From positions 310,001-374,000 of the forward strand of contig NIVC01000340.1 in the NCBI GenBank assembly GCA_002269645.1: a stretch of 64,000 bases of DNA, in the 5' to 3' direction. The DNA is from Macrostomum lignano (taxonomy: Eukaryota). Below, one piece after another: positions 1-12,720 of the stretch (positions within the stretch are counted from its first letter, which is position 1; the number at the start of each line of letters is the position of its first letter). The position numbers and the translations under genes were made by a program. A model generated the notes under the pieces. That model was not told the DNA's origin, did not search any database, and saw only the letters and a program-made list of their open reading frames with translations.

Positions 1-922
1 CAGTCTCTCACCATCTGCAAAGCACTCTCGACGTACAAAGTGACGCGGCGACCAGGCGATCCAGCTGAGTCATTCATGTCGCTTCAGCGAAATCTGAGCA
101 CAAAATGATTTAGATCGCGAATTTTTCTCAGTAGGTCGAGATTGAGAAAAAAGCTGAAATGTTGCTCTCGATTTTTTTCATCGGGTCTTCATCGATTTGG
201 ACGCATCGTCCAATGACAGCAGACAGGTGCTTGTAGCGACTCTTCAACTGGTTACAATTTGTCAATTCGTTTTTTGTCAGCAACCGGATATTAATTCATT
301 TACCTGGGAAAAGAGTAGCGGAGGGATCGAGGATCATGCAGCTGGCGTCCCAGATCGGGTTGAATTCTTCAAGCCACTGCAGATACTTGCGCAGAAAGAG
401 GCAATTAATGCTACGGGCCATTTTAGTTACAGGTAAAATTTTAGCATGTAGTTTTTTTACCTCAAAGCACTCAACTAAGTCAAGACTACAGTTTGTTTGG
501 CTACTTATAGTAGTATCAGGTATTTTAAACTATTTTAAACGGAACGGAGTAAAAAAACAAGCACTTACCCCGTGTCAACTCTTCATACTCTAAGCAAGGT
601 GAGCACATTATAGGTAAGGCCCCATGGCTACAGCTTCACAACACAGCACAGGTACGAATAAAACTGCTATTCATTCTGCACTAACTTACTCCGCACAAAT
701 AGCATCTGCTCTTCTACTAAACACACTTTTTTTACTGACCAAAAGCAGCAGCAGCAGGTGCTCAATTTCTTGTATTTGCCCTGCTGCTGCTCTCTCGCTC
801 AATTTCTGTCCGCACTTTCGAGCACTTCATCTCTCTCTGTCTGTCCCAGCTGCCGCACTCTCACCCAAGATTTGGATATCTACGAAAAACGAAGAGAGAA
901 AAACTGAGAGAGAGAAAACGCG

Positions 923-3900
923 ATGGACTCTCTGCAAGCAAGTCCGCCAAGAAGTCTGCATCAGCTGTACACAATTCTTCTTGAAGAGCTGTCACGAGTT
1001 CGAGCGCAGCTAACCAGTCTAGAATTCGAGTTTTACAGTCAGGACGGCACAGAAGATGACGCAATGCAGGCTCCCAGATCAGGTGCCGCAGATTCCGATG
1101 TCGACGCTTACGCATTTATCTGCCGTTGGGCACCGGTTGCTAAGGAGGTGATGCAGTGCCACAGCCTCGCTGAGCTGAACTCGATGCGCCAGATGCAGTC
1201 CGCCATCGTGCTGGGTCGGGATCCCGAGCTGAGGGAGGCGCAGCCGGATCTCAAGCATATCAAGCCGGAGACTTGCATTAAACTGACTCGACTCCAGAAT
1301 CGCCTGCTGGCCTATGTGCCTAGCAGGTTTACGGGTGGGTGACATGTGTGTTAATTGCGTCAGGAGCTGGGTGTGATTGCGTCAGGAACTGGGTGTGACT
1401 GCGTCAGGAACTGGGTCTGACTGCACGCGTCAGGAACTGGGTGTGATTGCCAGGAACTGGATGTGACTGCGTCATGAACTGGGTGTGACTGCGTCAGGAA
1501 CTGGATGTGACTGCGTCAGGAACTGGGTGTGACTGCGTCAGGAACTGGATGTGACTGCGTCAGGAACTGGGTGTGACTGCACGCGTCAGGAACTGGATGT
1601 GACTGCGTCAGGAACTGGGTCTGACTGCACGCGTCAGGAACTGGGTGTGATTGCCAGGAACTGGATGTGACTGCGTCATGAACTGGATGTGACTGCGTCA
1701 TGAACTGGGTGTGACTGCGTCAGGAACTGGATGTGACTGCGTCAGGAACTGGGTGTGACTGAGTCAGGAACTGGGTGTGACTGCACGCGTCAGGAACTGG
1801 GTGTGACTGAGTCAGGAACTGGGTGTGACTGAGTCAGGAACTGGGTGTGACTGAGTCAGGAACTGGGTGTGACTGAGTCAGGAACTGGGTGTGACTGAGT
1901 CAGGAACTGGGTGTGACTGAGTCAGGAACTGGGTGTGACTGAGTCAGGAACTGGGTGTGACTGAGTCAGGAACTGGGTGTGACTGAGTCAGGAACTGGGT
2001 GTGACTGAGTCAGGAACTGGGTGTGACTGAGTCAGGAACTTCATGAAAGATGGCTTCAGGAACATCAAACCAACAAGCAAATTGCTGTTTTGCAGGCATG
2101 ATTGATGCGACCGGTCGAGTCCAAGCGCTGTGCGACAAGTACTTGCTGTCCTTTTACACCTTAAATCTTCGTCAGGCGCCCATAGAAACGGCTAAAAAGT
2201 ACACAGTGAACAGGCGAGAATGGAACAGCAAAGCGAGGGACTGTTTGAATAATGCTCTGTACAATCCGCACCTGTTCCTGAGGGACTGCCTGCGGCTTGG
2301 TGAGCTGATTGTTAGGGAAAAACCGTCTCCCTTCAGCATTCACCCAATACTGTCTTCAGGCTGAGACCCTCCAGGACCCACTCTTCACTGTCTTCAGGCT
2401 GAGACCCTCATGACCCACTCTCCACTGTCTTCAGGCTGAGACCCTCATGACCCACTCTCCACTGTCTTCAGGCTGCGACCCTCATGACCCACTCTCCACT
2501 GTCTTCAGGCTGAGACCCTCCAGGACCCACTCTCCACTGTCTTCAGGCTGCGACCCTCATGACCCACTCTCCACTGTCTTCAGGCTGCGACCCTCATGAC
2601 CCACTCTTCACTGTCTTCAGGCTGCGACCCTCATGACCCACTCTCCACTGTCTTCAGGCTGAGACCCTCCAGGACCCACTCTCCACTGTCTTCAGGCTGC
2701 GACCCTCATGACCCACTCTCCACTGTCTTCAGGCTGCGACCCTCATGACCCACTCTCCACTGTCTTCAGGCTGAGACCCTCCAGGACCCACTCTCCACTG
2801 TCTTCAGGCTGCGACCCTCATGACCCACTCTCCACTGTCTTCAGGCTGCGACCCTCATGACCCACTCTCCACTGTCTTCAGGCTGCGACCCTCATGACCC
2901 ACTCTCCACTGTCTTCAGGCTGAGACCCTCCAGGACCCACTCTCCACTGTCTTCAGGCTGAGACCCTCCAGGACCCACTCTCCACTGTCTTCAGGCTGAG
3001 ACCCTCCAGGACCCACTCTCCACTGTCTTCAGGCTGAGACCCTCCAGGACCCACTCTCCACTGTCTTCAGGCTGCGACCCTCATGACCCACTCTCCACTG
3101 TCTTCAGGCTGAGACACTCCAGGACCCACTCTCCACTGTCTTCAGGCTGAGACCCTCCAGGACCCACTCTCCACTGTCTTCAGGCTGACCCTCCAGGATC
3201 CACTCCCCACTGTCTTCAGGCTGAGAGCCTCAGGACCCACTCCCCACTGTCTTCAGACTGCGAGCCTCAGGACCCACTCCCCACTGTCTTCAGACTGCGA
3301 GCCTCAGGACCCACTCCCCACTGTCTTCAGACTGCGAGCCTCAGGACCCACTCCCCACTGTCTTCAGACTGCGAGCCTCAGGACCCACTCCCCACTGTCT
3401 TCAGACTGCGAGCCTCAGGACCCACTCCCCACTGTCTTCAGACTGCGAGCCTCAGGACCCACTCCCCACTGTCTTCAGACTGCGAGCCTCAGGACCCACT
3501 CCCCACTGTCTTCAGACTGCGAGCCTCAAGACCCATATGCTTCTCTCAACTCCTCACAAACAGGCCGCATGCAGAAGTCCACGTTGGCTTTGCTCAACCG
3601 CGCTGACATCATCACTGCCCCAGTCGTGGGCCTGTTCACAGACGAGTGCGCCCAGCTCCGGGCGGCCCTGGACGCTCTGGAGGAGTGGATCGAACACGAT
3701 CAGGGCTATGCCAGCTTCATCGCAGCCGATCTGGCAGAGTTGGAGAAACGACGCGGCCAACTGAAGACTTCTCTGACTGAGCTGAGGCACCGGCTGCACA
3801 CGTCTCAGTTTCGGACTCGATCGCTGCAGGCTGAGAAAGCCCGGCTGCAGGTGAGTGTTAGACACGGAAACTATGCCTGTTAGATAGGATGATCTAACCT

Positions 3901-6658
3901 AGCTGTTAGATATGGAGCTTGCCTACCTGTTAGATATAGATTACCTACCAGTTAGATACATAGATTACCTACCTGTTAGATATGGAGCTTACCTACCTGT
4001 TAGATATGGAGCTTACCTACCTGTTAGATATGGAGCTTACCTACCTGTTAGATATGAAGCTTACCTACCCTTTTTTTAGAGGCAGGGGGGTTGTGTGCAC
4101 CCTAGCGCACTTTAAGCGACATAGGCACACAACCGGCGAGAGGCATTACTGCCCATTCCGCCGACTCCCCTGAGCAGGCACACAAGCGCGCGGATACGTA
4201 CGCAGGCACACACTCACACAGGAGTGTACAGCGGCCCTAACTTTATATTATCGTTAGGCATGTACACTTCACTGCGCCTTGGGGGGTTGGCTCTCAAGGC
4301 CGTTAATTGCACGAGCAGAGCCAAGCCGAGATTCCAATTCAGCCCCAAATTAATGTGACTGCACTTGGAATCGAGCCTGGGTCGCTGGCACACCAGAGCA
4401 GCTGCGCTACCGCTGGGCTACGGCCCCCCCCCTTTACCTACCTGTTAGATATGGAGCTTGTCTACCTGTTAGATATGGAGCTTACCTACCTGTTAGATAT
4501 GGAGCTTGTCTACCTGTTAGATATGGAGCTTGTCTACCTGTTAGATATGGAGCTTGTCTACCTGTTAGATATGGAGCTTACCTACCTGTTAGATATGGAG
4601 CTTGTCTACCTGTTAGATATGGAGCTTACCTACCTGTTAGATATGGAGCTTGTCTACCTGTTAGATATGGAGCTTACCTACCTGTTAGATATGTAGCTTA
4701 GCTACCTGTTAGATATGTAGCTTACCTACCTGTCAGATATGTAGCTTAGCTAACTGTTAGATATGTAGCTTACCTACCTGTTAGATATGTAGCTTAGCTA
4801 CCTGTTAGATATGTAGCTTACCTACCTGTTAGATATGTAGCTTACCTACCTGTTAGATATTTAGCTTAGCTAACTGTTAGATATGTAGCTTACCTACCTG
4901 TTAGATATGTAGCTTAGCTACCTGTTAGATATGTAGCTTACCTGCCTGTTAGATATGTAGCTTACCTACCTGTTAGATATGGAGCTTACCTACCTGTTAG
5001 ATATGGAGCTTACCTACCTGTTAGATATGGAGCTTGTCTACCTGTTAGATATGGAGCTTACCTACCTGTTAGATATGAAGCTTGTCTACCTGTTAGATAT
5101 GGAGCTTACCTACCTGTTAGATATGGAGCTTGTCTACCTGTTAGATATGGAGCTTACCTACCTGTTAGATATGGAGCTTGTCTACCTGTTAGATATGGAG
5201 CTTTCCTACCTGTTAAAAAATGGAGCTTACCTACCTGTTATATATTGAGCTTCTCTACCTGCTATATTTTAAATTTACCTACGTGACAGACCCTGAGCTT
5301 ACCTACGCCCGTACCTACAAAAACTAGAAAACCCCTCAAACATCAGGTCGAACTGGCCTCACTAACCGACCGCGAGTCTGAGCTGCTGCAGGCGGAGGAG
5401 CAGCTGTACCAGGAGGTGAACAGCGTCAAAATCGACTGCGAGATGAAGGAGTTCCGCCGCGAAGAGATCAAACGAGCCTTCAAAGAGAGCGCTGAATCTG
5501 AGCAGGAGACCGAGTTGGACCCGGCAGCAGCTCAACTGCTGCTAAAACAGCTCAAAGAACAATTGCGCATACTGAGACACTCCATACCGCAGATGGAGCG
5601 CAGGATGCTGGCCCTCCGCTCCAAGCTATCCGTCATCGACGACAAGCATCGAAGATTCAACGAAGTGTCGGAGACGCTGCGCGACAGCGAGAAAGAGACT
5701 CTGCGATTGAAGAATGAAGTCAGCAGCGCCGCCTACCAGCTGGAGCAGTGCCAGCTCAGTCTGGACCAGTGCGCTCAAATTCACCGTCTCAAGACAGCGG
5801 CCGACACCACGTCGAAGGTCTTCCACGGTATGCCGTTGGAGACTCGAGCTGCTCAGGAGGCGGCCACGCAGAAGATGCTGCACAGACAGCATCAGCAGCA
5901 GCAGAAACCACCCGGCTCGGACACCAATAGGAGCGACGACCGAGGAAAAGTTTCTTTGCCGGCAATTAATCAGCAGAGTAGGGGCACTGCTGCTGCTGCT
6001 GCTGCTGCGACGGTGACCACTGCAAGGACTTTGGAGAATGCAACAGATGGAGATGGTAGGTAGTCATAGAGGACCTCTTTGTAGATGTACAGTTAATAGG
6101 TCTCTGAATTAGTTTGTTTCGACATTTAGAATTTCTCAAGGTCAAATAACCTCTGGGTCATGAAACTTCAAGGCTATGCAACCACAATATCACAGACTCT
6201 CACAAGGTCATAGACTCTCAAGGTCATAAACTCAAGGTCAGAGACCTCAAGGTCACAGGCTCTCACGGTCATAGACTCTCTATGTCATAGGCCCTCAAGG
6301 TCATAGATCCTCAAGGTCATAGATCCTCAAGGTTATGCAACCTCACGGTCATAGACTCTCTATGTCATAGGCCCTCAAGGTCATAGATCCTCAAGGTCAT
6401 AGATTCTCAAGGTTATGCAACCTCAAGGTCATAGACTATCAAGGTCATAGACTCTCAAAATCATAGACTCTCAAGGTCATAGACTATCAAGGTCAAAGAC
6501 TATCAAGGTCATTGATTCTCAAGGTCATAGACTCTCAAGTTCATAGACTCTCAAGGTCATAGACTCTCAAGGTCATAGACCTCAAGGTCATACAACTTTA
6601 AGGTTGTGATAGCTTGGCCTGCGTGCGCGCTGGGGGCGGGGCTAGGTTGAGTTGTTTT

Positions 6659-6694
<36 letters not shown>

Positions 6695-7381
6695 CATGTA
6701 CTTGCTAGCGCGGGTTGGGGGGTGCGGTGAGTATGCCGATCAATATCAAATAGTTTAATATAAAGCAGGCTTTTTAGCCGGTAAAGTTTTTCGTGCTTTT
6801 GAGCCAAAATAAAGTTTTGTCTTGACTTTATTTCAAAGGTCGTGCAACCTCAAAGTCAAGTCATCTCAAGGTTTATTAAACTAAAAGTCATTCCGTAAGT
6901 CATAAGTCGGAATATCGATAATAAAATTATTATTATTATTATTCTATTCGCAGGCAGCCCATTCGACAGAGTCTGCCTGCTGGTCTCACGTCGAATCGAA
7001 ATCGACTGGAAGCGTCTCTACCGAGCTCTACCGTTTGTGCCTCAGCGCGGCCGCGAGACCATCGACCGCGACATCGAAGAGTTGCAGACCGGCCTCGTTG
7101 GCGAGTCGCGCGCTCAATGCGCCTGGCGCGCTCTGCATCGTTGGCGCCGATTTCATCGGCGCGCTAAGCCGGGTGAACTGCGCGCCGCTTTGGTGCGCTT
7201 GCGCCGTACCGACCTGCTGCCTGAGGTGGACGCGTGTTTGGCGCCTCCGGCGGCGCCGACGGTTGTCAAGGAGACGCCGCTGCCAGCCAACATTGCCAAA
7301 GAGCTTGTGCCGTATTATCGACAGGTCGAACGATATGACAATCTGGTGATGGCTCGGCGATCGAAAGAGGCTGTGAAATGA
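923..7381 (+). CDS. 5-exon gene, about 679 aa: long coiled-coil protein with C-terminal death domain; join(923..1334,2096..2299,3564..3850,5347..6055,6954..7381)
   Basis: All four introns are GT-AG with matching phases (1,1,0,1), giving 2040 nt in one frame. Exons 3-4 are heptad-rich (LAELEKRRGQLKTSLTELRHRL, LKQLKEQLRILRHSIPQMERRMLAL). The last exon reads DRVCLLVSRRIEIDWKRLYRAL...WRALHRWRR...LRAALVRLRRTDLL, which fits the death-domain pattern. The start codon or extra 5' exons are unverified. Confidence 0.8.
1355..2040. repeat. 22-bp minisatellite (GAGTCAGGAACTGGGTGTGACT and GCGTCA variants) filling intron 1
   Basis: Direct period-22 repetition lying between the donor at 1335 and the acceptor at 2095. 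Confidence 0.95.
2352..3535. repeat. 37-bp minisatellite (CCACTCTCCACTGTCTTCAGGCTGCGACCCTCATGAC) filling intron 2
   Basis: Period 37 (for example GACCCTCATG at 2701 and 2738). The unit variant changes at about 3200. Confidence 0.95.
3880..5300. repeat. 24-bp minisatellite (TAGATATGGAGCTTACCTACCTGT) in intron 3, interrupted by a SINE
   Basis: Period 24. It explains the MELTYLLD pseudo-ORFs. Confidence 0.95.
4070..4433 (-). mobile_element. tRNA-derived SINE inserted in the minisatellite
   Basis: The minus strand begins GGGCCGTAGCCCAGCGGTAGCGC (A-box-like) then GGCTCGATTCC (B-box-like) and ends in an A7 tail (T run at 4071-4077). It is flanked by TTACCTACC at 4061-4069 and 4434-4442, a possible TSD, though that sequence is also part of the repeat unit. 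Confidence 0.75.
6160..6595. repeat. Degenerate ~16-bp minisatellite (TCATAGACTCTCAAGG) in intron 4
   Basis: Recurrent CTCAAGGTCATAGA motif. Confidence 0.9.
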
Positions 7382-8299
7382 TGATGCGGCATCTTCTTAG
7401 AAAAATGTAACAAACGCATTGCTTGATGGCAGATTACACGCTGACTCAAAACTGGTTGCAACCAATGTATTTTCAAAGCTTTCTTGTTACTTAAATCCAG
7501 TTTCTTGTATGTTGTCTAAATTGTATATGAAACTGTTATTTTCGTGACGCTTTTTTGGATTCTTAAGTAAAATGGTTTTGGTTTACAGTAGCATCAAGTA
7601 ACTTCATCAAATATCAGTAAGGCGTGGATCTAAAAGGGGTGTTAAGGGTCATAAAAGATCTAGAAGAGGTGTTAGGGATCATAACAGACATTGAAGGGGC
7701 CGTGGGGGTCAAAACAGACCTAGAAGGGGCGGTGGTTGGGGTTATAACAACCCCAACCACATGGGGGCATGGGGATATAATGCCGTTTAAAAATACATGA
7801 TATAGCAGTGACAAAACGCCATGGTAAAAAATATTTTTCTAAGATTTCGGACAGTCACTTCCAGCTCAGTTCAATGAAAGTACTATTGCGGAAATTTGGC
7901 ACGTTTGATGAATACTGAAATGATAATTACACTATATATAAAGAATGTGAGCGCTATCATTTTTTATTGGTAAGCGACATGTTTCGCCTCGCGTCGGGCT
8001 CTTAAAAATTAGCTAGTTTTCTTGTTCATTCATTTATGTTGAACTATTTAGACGAAAACGGTCCCGTGGTCTTCTCTCTCCCAAGCTTAAAATCAAGATT
8101 TTGGACCGCCGATGCGCGACGCGATTGCTAACCAAAAACTGATGGCCACCAACTGATGGTTTTCCGGATATTTACCCAACACGAATCTGCCTTGAATTAT
8201 TAAGTGCATACATTAATTGCATGTTTACATGCGCGTATAAAGGCGATAATTGTTACAACAGTAAATAATGAGTACTTATTACTACTCCATGCTCGCTCG

Positions 8300-9520
8300 C
8301 CGGCTGCCAACGCCCAGAGCGTACTAGCAGCGCTGGCGGCGACACAGGGGCCGGGATCCAGCTAGTCGGCATTGGCAGTGCTGGCGGCCAGGCGAAATAG
8401 CCGCAGGTTGGAAGGGGCAACCTCCCACAGATTATCCGGCCCGAAAGCATCGCCGAATGTGCAGTAGCGAACCTCTACTCCAGTGATTGCAACGGCAACG
8501 TTGTCCGACGTACAGAAGCGTGAGCCACCCTCTGCGACGAGTGCATCAATAAAAATTTTATAGCGCCTTTCCTGCCTTGGCTACTGCACTCCTGGCGGAA
8601 CTCGCGCTTATTCAGGAGCGAACAACGCAATGCGTCGCTTCGAGCAACGATTGCCTCCGTGCCGGCTATAGGCCTCGCTTACCGAGACCTCTAAGGTGGG
8701 CCTCTCGGTAACCGAGGCCAATGATCCGGGCGGTGTTGCGCTCGAGGTGCAGTAAGCAGTTGGTAGAGCAGCCCCGGCGGAGTGCGTCCCGAATGCCAAC
8801 TTCTAGTACCGCTATCCGCTCCAGTACCGCCAGCGGTAAGTTGGAGATGTCCAAGACATCAGGCTCGATCTTGCCGTCTGCGGCTAATCGAAATCCTATG
8901 GTGACATGCACTGGGTCGCACATCGCACACGTTAGCAGATAAAGGATATTGACTTGGAGCGGCAGAGGCCACATCGTTATTGGGCCTGACGGAAGAAGGC
9001 AGCCGCACTGCATTGTTTAGGCAAAGCCCTTTGATTGCCGCTGTTCTTCTACTCGAATTTGATCCGATAGCCTTTCGTAAACGTGGCGATCAGGGCCTAG
9101 AACGGGAGGCCGCGGTGCCGGTCGGGCAACTTGCAGCGCGGCCAAGGGTTCATCCTCTGACCAACTCCACTGAGCGAGAATGTCAGAGACGGCACACGCT
9201 AAGCCATGCACTTCTCCGCGACCGGCCGCTGGCTGGCGACTGGCTCCATGCGCTGCTCCGCGGCCGGCTGGGTGCCTCGAATGCGTGCAAAGCGCCCATC
9301 TGTAGCTACGTCCAATTCCGCCGCTTCGGCGGGAAATTTGGCCAGCAATTCCTTTACGGAAGTACAGACGAATTCGGCGTGGCGTGGTATGTGGCCCAGC
9401 ACTTTAGCATACGAACTCTCCATTTTCCGCACAGGCATCGTTGCGGTCGGTCTACCCCCTCGTTCAGGGTGCATACATGTAAGTAAGGAGCGAACATTAA
9501 AGAGCAATTCTCTGGCCATT
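8300..9520 (-). pseudogene. Decayed ORF of unknown family, copy 1
   Basis: Frameshifted blocks DISNLPLAVLERIAVLEVGIRDALRRGCSTNC, GTEAIVARSDAL and FCTSDNVAVAITGVEVRYCTFG align by eye with copy 2. Confidence 0.6.
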
Positions 9521-9749
9521 GCTTATTCTGCAGTCGATGACAAAATCAAAGCTGAAAGGATGCAAGAGTTGGGGCGGTTCACATTTGCAGCTTGTATTAA
9601 AAATACGTATACATATGTAGTGACCGGCTGCTAACAGGCTATTCAGCAGCATTCACTAGCTTTCCCTAAGAGCTCTGGGTTCTGTTGCACATCAGCTCAG
9701 TCCACCTGTTTGAGAGAGAGTTACCCTGTGCTGGGCCAAAGTGTTTACT

Positions 9750-10120
9750 GCCCGATGACTCATCGCCCGAGCAGGCGCGGGCAGCCACACACAATGTCTT
9801 CCCAATCGCGCTGGGGAGGCATAGCAGGATGACTCATCGCCTGCGCGGGGTGTAGTGGCTGCCTAGAGGGAGTAAACAGGATGACTCATCCGCCCAAGTT
9901 CTATTTTTAGCTCAGAATAAGCACGTGACTGTGCACGCATGTTATGCGTGGCCGCTTACCTTGAATCACGCCACTGCTGCGTGACAGGGTTACCTTATTT
10001 GGAAGTTGGCCTTGGATCACGCATCGCTCGCATGATTCTGAGGACCAAATAAGGAAGTTTCACGCGCTCACCGCATGAAACTCACGTGACTTTTGGGGGT
10101 CTGCTCGACTATAAATACAG
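9750..10120 (+). promoter_or_regulatory. Promoter/LTR-U3-like block: three GATGACTCATC AP-1-type sites, CACGTG E-boxes and a TATAAATA box
   Basis: ATGACTCAT at 9755, 9829 and 9881; CACGTG near 9922 and 10083; TATAAATA at 10110. No LTR boundaries or downstream ORF were resolved. Confidence 0.35.
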
Positions 10121-11250
10121 ACCATCTGCGAGCCATTTTTCTCCAGATCGCGTCGTCCTGCCTGGGCTCGACCGGAGCTGCCTCTCTGCCTCCGAGCTCT
10201 ACTCTCTCATTTCAGGATTTTCAGGTTTTCAGGATCGAGCAGCAATTTTAGGAACGATCAACTGTCGAGACATTTTCTCCGAGCGACTTTGTTATTTTAT
10301 TTCAGGTGACGGATAGACAACTCTGCCGACGCGTCGAGTCCGCACACCAAGGTGGCAGCAACCCTACCAAGTCTAAGGCTAACGTTTTAGGTTCCTTTTT
10401 AGGCAAATCGATAGGTAGTACAACGGTACTATCTAGCTACTTCCGGAGCAGCGAGTTCTATTTCTAGGAACATCTTCAAGAACTCGGGAAGGAGCAACAC
10501 ACATATAATCCCTTTAGGACCTTACATTGCTTTTACTGTAATTTCACAAAAGCGCTACGCCACATGACCAGATTACCATTTATGACACTCAACTTATAAA
10601 TTGAACCTTAAATTAGCTTATACCCCTAGGCAGAGTAGACTGATCCCGTCAAGATTACCAGTTGGCCAGTTGGCTGCATAAATTGTAATGATAATTTCTG
10701 TAGTAATGGAAAATTCACTGCTAAAATAAATCATACCAGTACATCCATACTTATCTAGCTAGTAACATTACTATTGCCCGTCTTAATTGTTGCAATATAC
10801 TGCAATCCATAGAATTGTGTCATGCTAAGGGGCGTTGAAAGATATTGTAAATGATATTAGAAAAACCCATTGGCACATGTCTCCGCAGACATTGCTATCT
10901 ACCGCAGATCTACACAAGCCCAGAGCCAGACTGGTACACAGATGGACAGGAGTATGCTTCTCCTATAGACGTAGAACTCGTTCCTCAGGGTTATAATTTG
11001 TAAAGCGACGATGCACAGATTGACTAAACAAGGGCGTAAATCTACCCCAAAAAGGAGGAGCAAGCTGTTATATAGTGTATTTGTCACGAAGAAGTGGTAC
11101 CTGAGAAGAAAGCAGCGTTAAATGCACCAGATACGTGAAAACGGAATGGTAAATACAATGGTCTTCTCAGCTTTTGGACCGTCACGTTCTTATTACGTTG
11201 GCTAAGTCTTGTTACGGAAAATTTGTGCGTTTCATGAATAGTAAAGTTAA

Positions 11251-11533
11251 CAAATGTGAGCGCCATCATTCTTGGCAAGGGACACGTTTCGCCTCGCGTT
11301 GGTATCGTCACGCTCTTAAACATTAGCTACGATTTATTCGTTCACTCATACGAATTTAACAGTTTAGACGACAACGGGGCTACATTAGTCGGTGGTCTTC
11401 TTTAATTCCCTAAGCTTAAAATCTAGATTTTAGACCGTCACCTAAATCTTAAGCTGCAGATTTTTTAAGAGCGTTACGATGCCTAATGTGATTCGACACA
11501 GGTCACTTACCAAAAAATGATGGCGCTCACATT
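11251..11533. repeat. Long imperfect inverted repeat (about 75-bp arms), MITE/hairpin-like
   Basis: The left arm AATGTGAGCGCCATCATTCTTGGCAAG...ATCGTCACGCTCTTAAA pairs with the right arm TTTAAGAGCGTTACGAT...CTTACCAAAAAATGATGGCGCTCACATT. TTAA lies on both sides. A degenerate copy is at about 7945-8160. Confidence 0.7.
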
Positions 11534-11602
11534 GTTAAAATATTCTTCGGTTTCCGTATCCGGATTTTTAGCCAACACCAATCTGCCGTCAAATTGTGTT
11601 CA

Positions 11603-12720
11603 TCATTTCATAATTTCAGTACGCCGGCTGCCAACGCCCAGGGCGTACCTACGGTAACGAAAGCGTAGGTAATAGTCGTAACCATAATCGACGTTGGCCG
11701 GAGTGCTAGCACCGCCATCCGCCGTGTCGGGCATCGGCTCCTCAGGGTCGACAACGAGCCCCCGCGATGCAAGGCCTGAGCTAGGCAACGCCAGTAGTGC
11801 CGGGTCGCGAACCATTAATTGGGCCGCCTCACTGCAGGTCGAAAGCATTACTGGCGCACCAAAGCTGCAGTACCTCACCTCGACACCCACAATGGCCACG
11901 GCGATATTGTCCGTCGTGCAGTAGCCACGGGGGATGCCCTCCTTAAGCAGCGTTTGGAGCAGGAAGCCGATTAGGTCTTTCCAGCCGCTTCCGTGCTGTT
12001 GTACCAAATTGAATTATTTGCCCGCCTCCTGACGGAGTAGCGCCATCAGAGCGTCGGCTCGGTCGGCCAAGGGCTCCGTGCCCAACATCTGAGCTGGTGA
12101 AAGCAGCAGTTGAGGCCACAGCCACGCCGGACAATGTCCCGTAGGCCGATTTGGACAACTACGAGCCGCTCCATCACAGCAGCCGGAACTATGCTGAGGT
12201 CGCACGAGTCATTCCCTCCGTCCTGCCAGAGAAAGTCCGTATACACGTTGTTTTGTCTTTCTACGGCGGTCGTGAGAAGACCGAGCACGTCGCGAAGCAT
12301 GCGCAGAGGCCATTGCTTTACAGTGCTGATAGCATTGCAACCGCACTGACTGGAAGCCTTATTGGCCGCCTCGCGCCGGTTGCTTTCGAAACGCAACTGC
12401 GCCGTCGAGTGTTTCGACTGGTTAACGGTGAGATAGCGTTCTGGTCCAGAGTCCACAGGCGGCCGATGCGGCGGCTGTTTGATGGGCAATAAACGCGATG
12501 ATGTCAGGTACCATTGCCACTGCTTCAGTGCGGCGTCGACATGATTGCTCTGTGTGAGCATCCGGCCGATTTCGGCCAATGTCAATTGCGCCACGCCGCC
12601 GGCTTTGGCCTTGCCTGGCAAACTCGGTTGACTGGTGACGCCGGCCAAAGCTAAGCAAAGCCAAAGTGTGAATTTTTCACTGTACCGGTCTACAAGTTCA
12701 CCAACGCTACCACATCCCAA
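11603..12720 (-). pseudogene. Decayed ORF of unknown family, copy 2
   Basis: ORF 12046-12720 (DLSIVPAAVMERLVVVQIGLRDIVRRGCGLNC) shifts frame into LGTEPLADRADAL, passes one TAA, then continues into ORF 11603-12007 (YCTTDNIAVAIVGVEVRYCSFG). Confidence 0.6.

Noticed and set aside
1-421. Possible minus-strand first exon (ATG at 421, MARSINCLFLRKYLQWLEEF..., donor near 303)
   Set aside because: The obvious next acceptor (near 248) gives an early stop and no recognisable domain, so it cannot be supported.
7615-7800. Arg/Gly-rich reading (VRRGSKRGVKGHKRSRRG...)
   Set aside because: Short, interrupted by a stop, with no start or splice support. At most a relic adjoining the orphan cassette.
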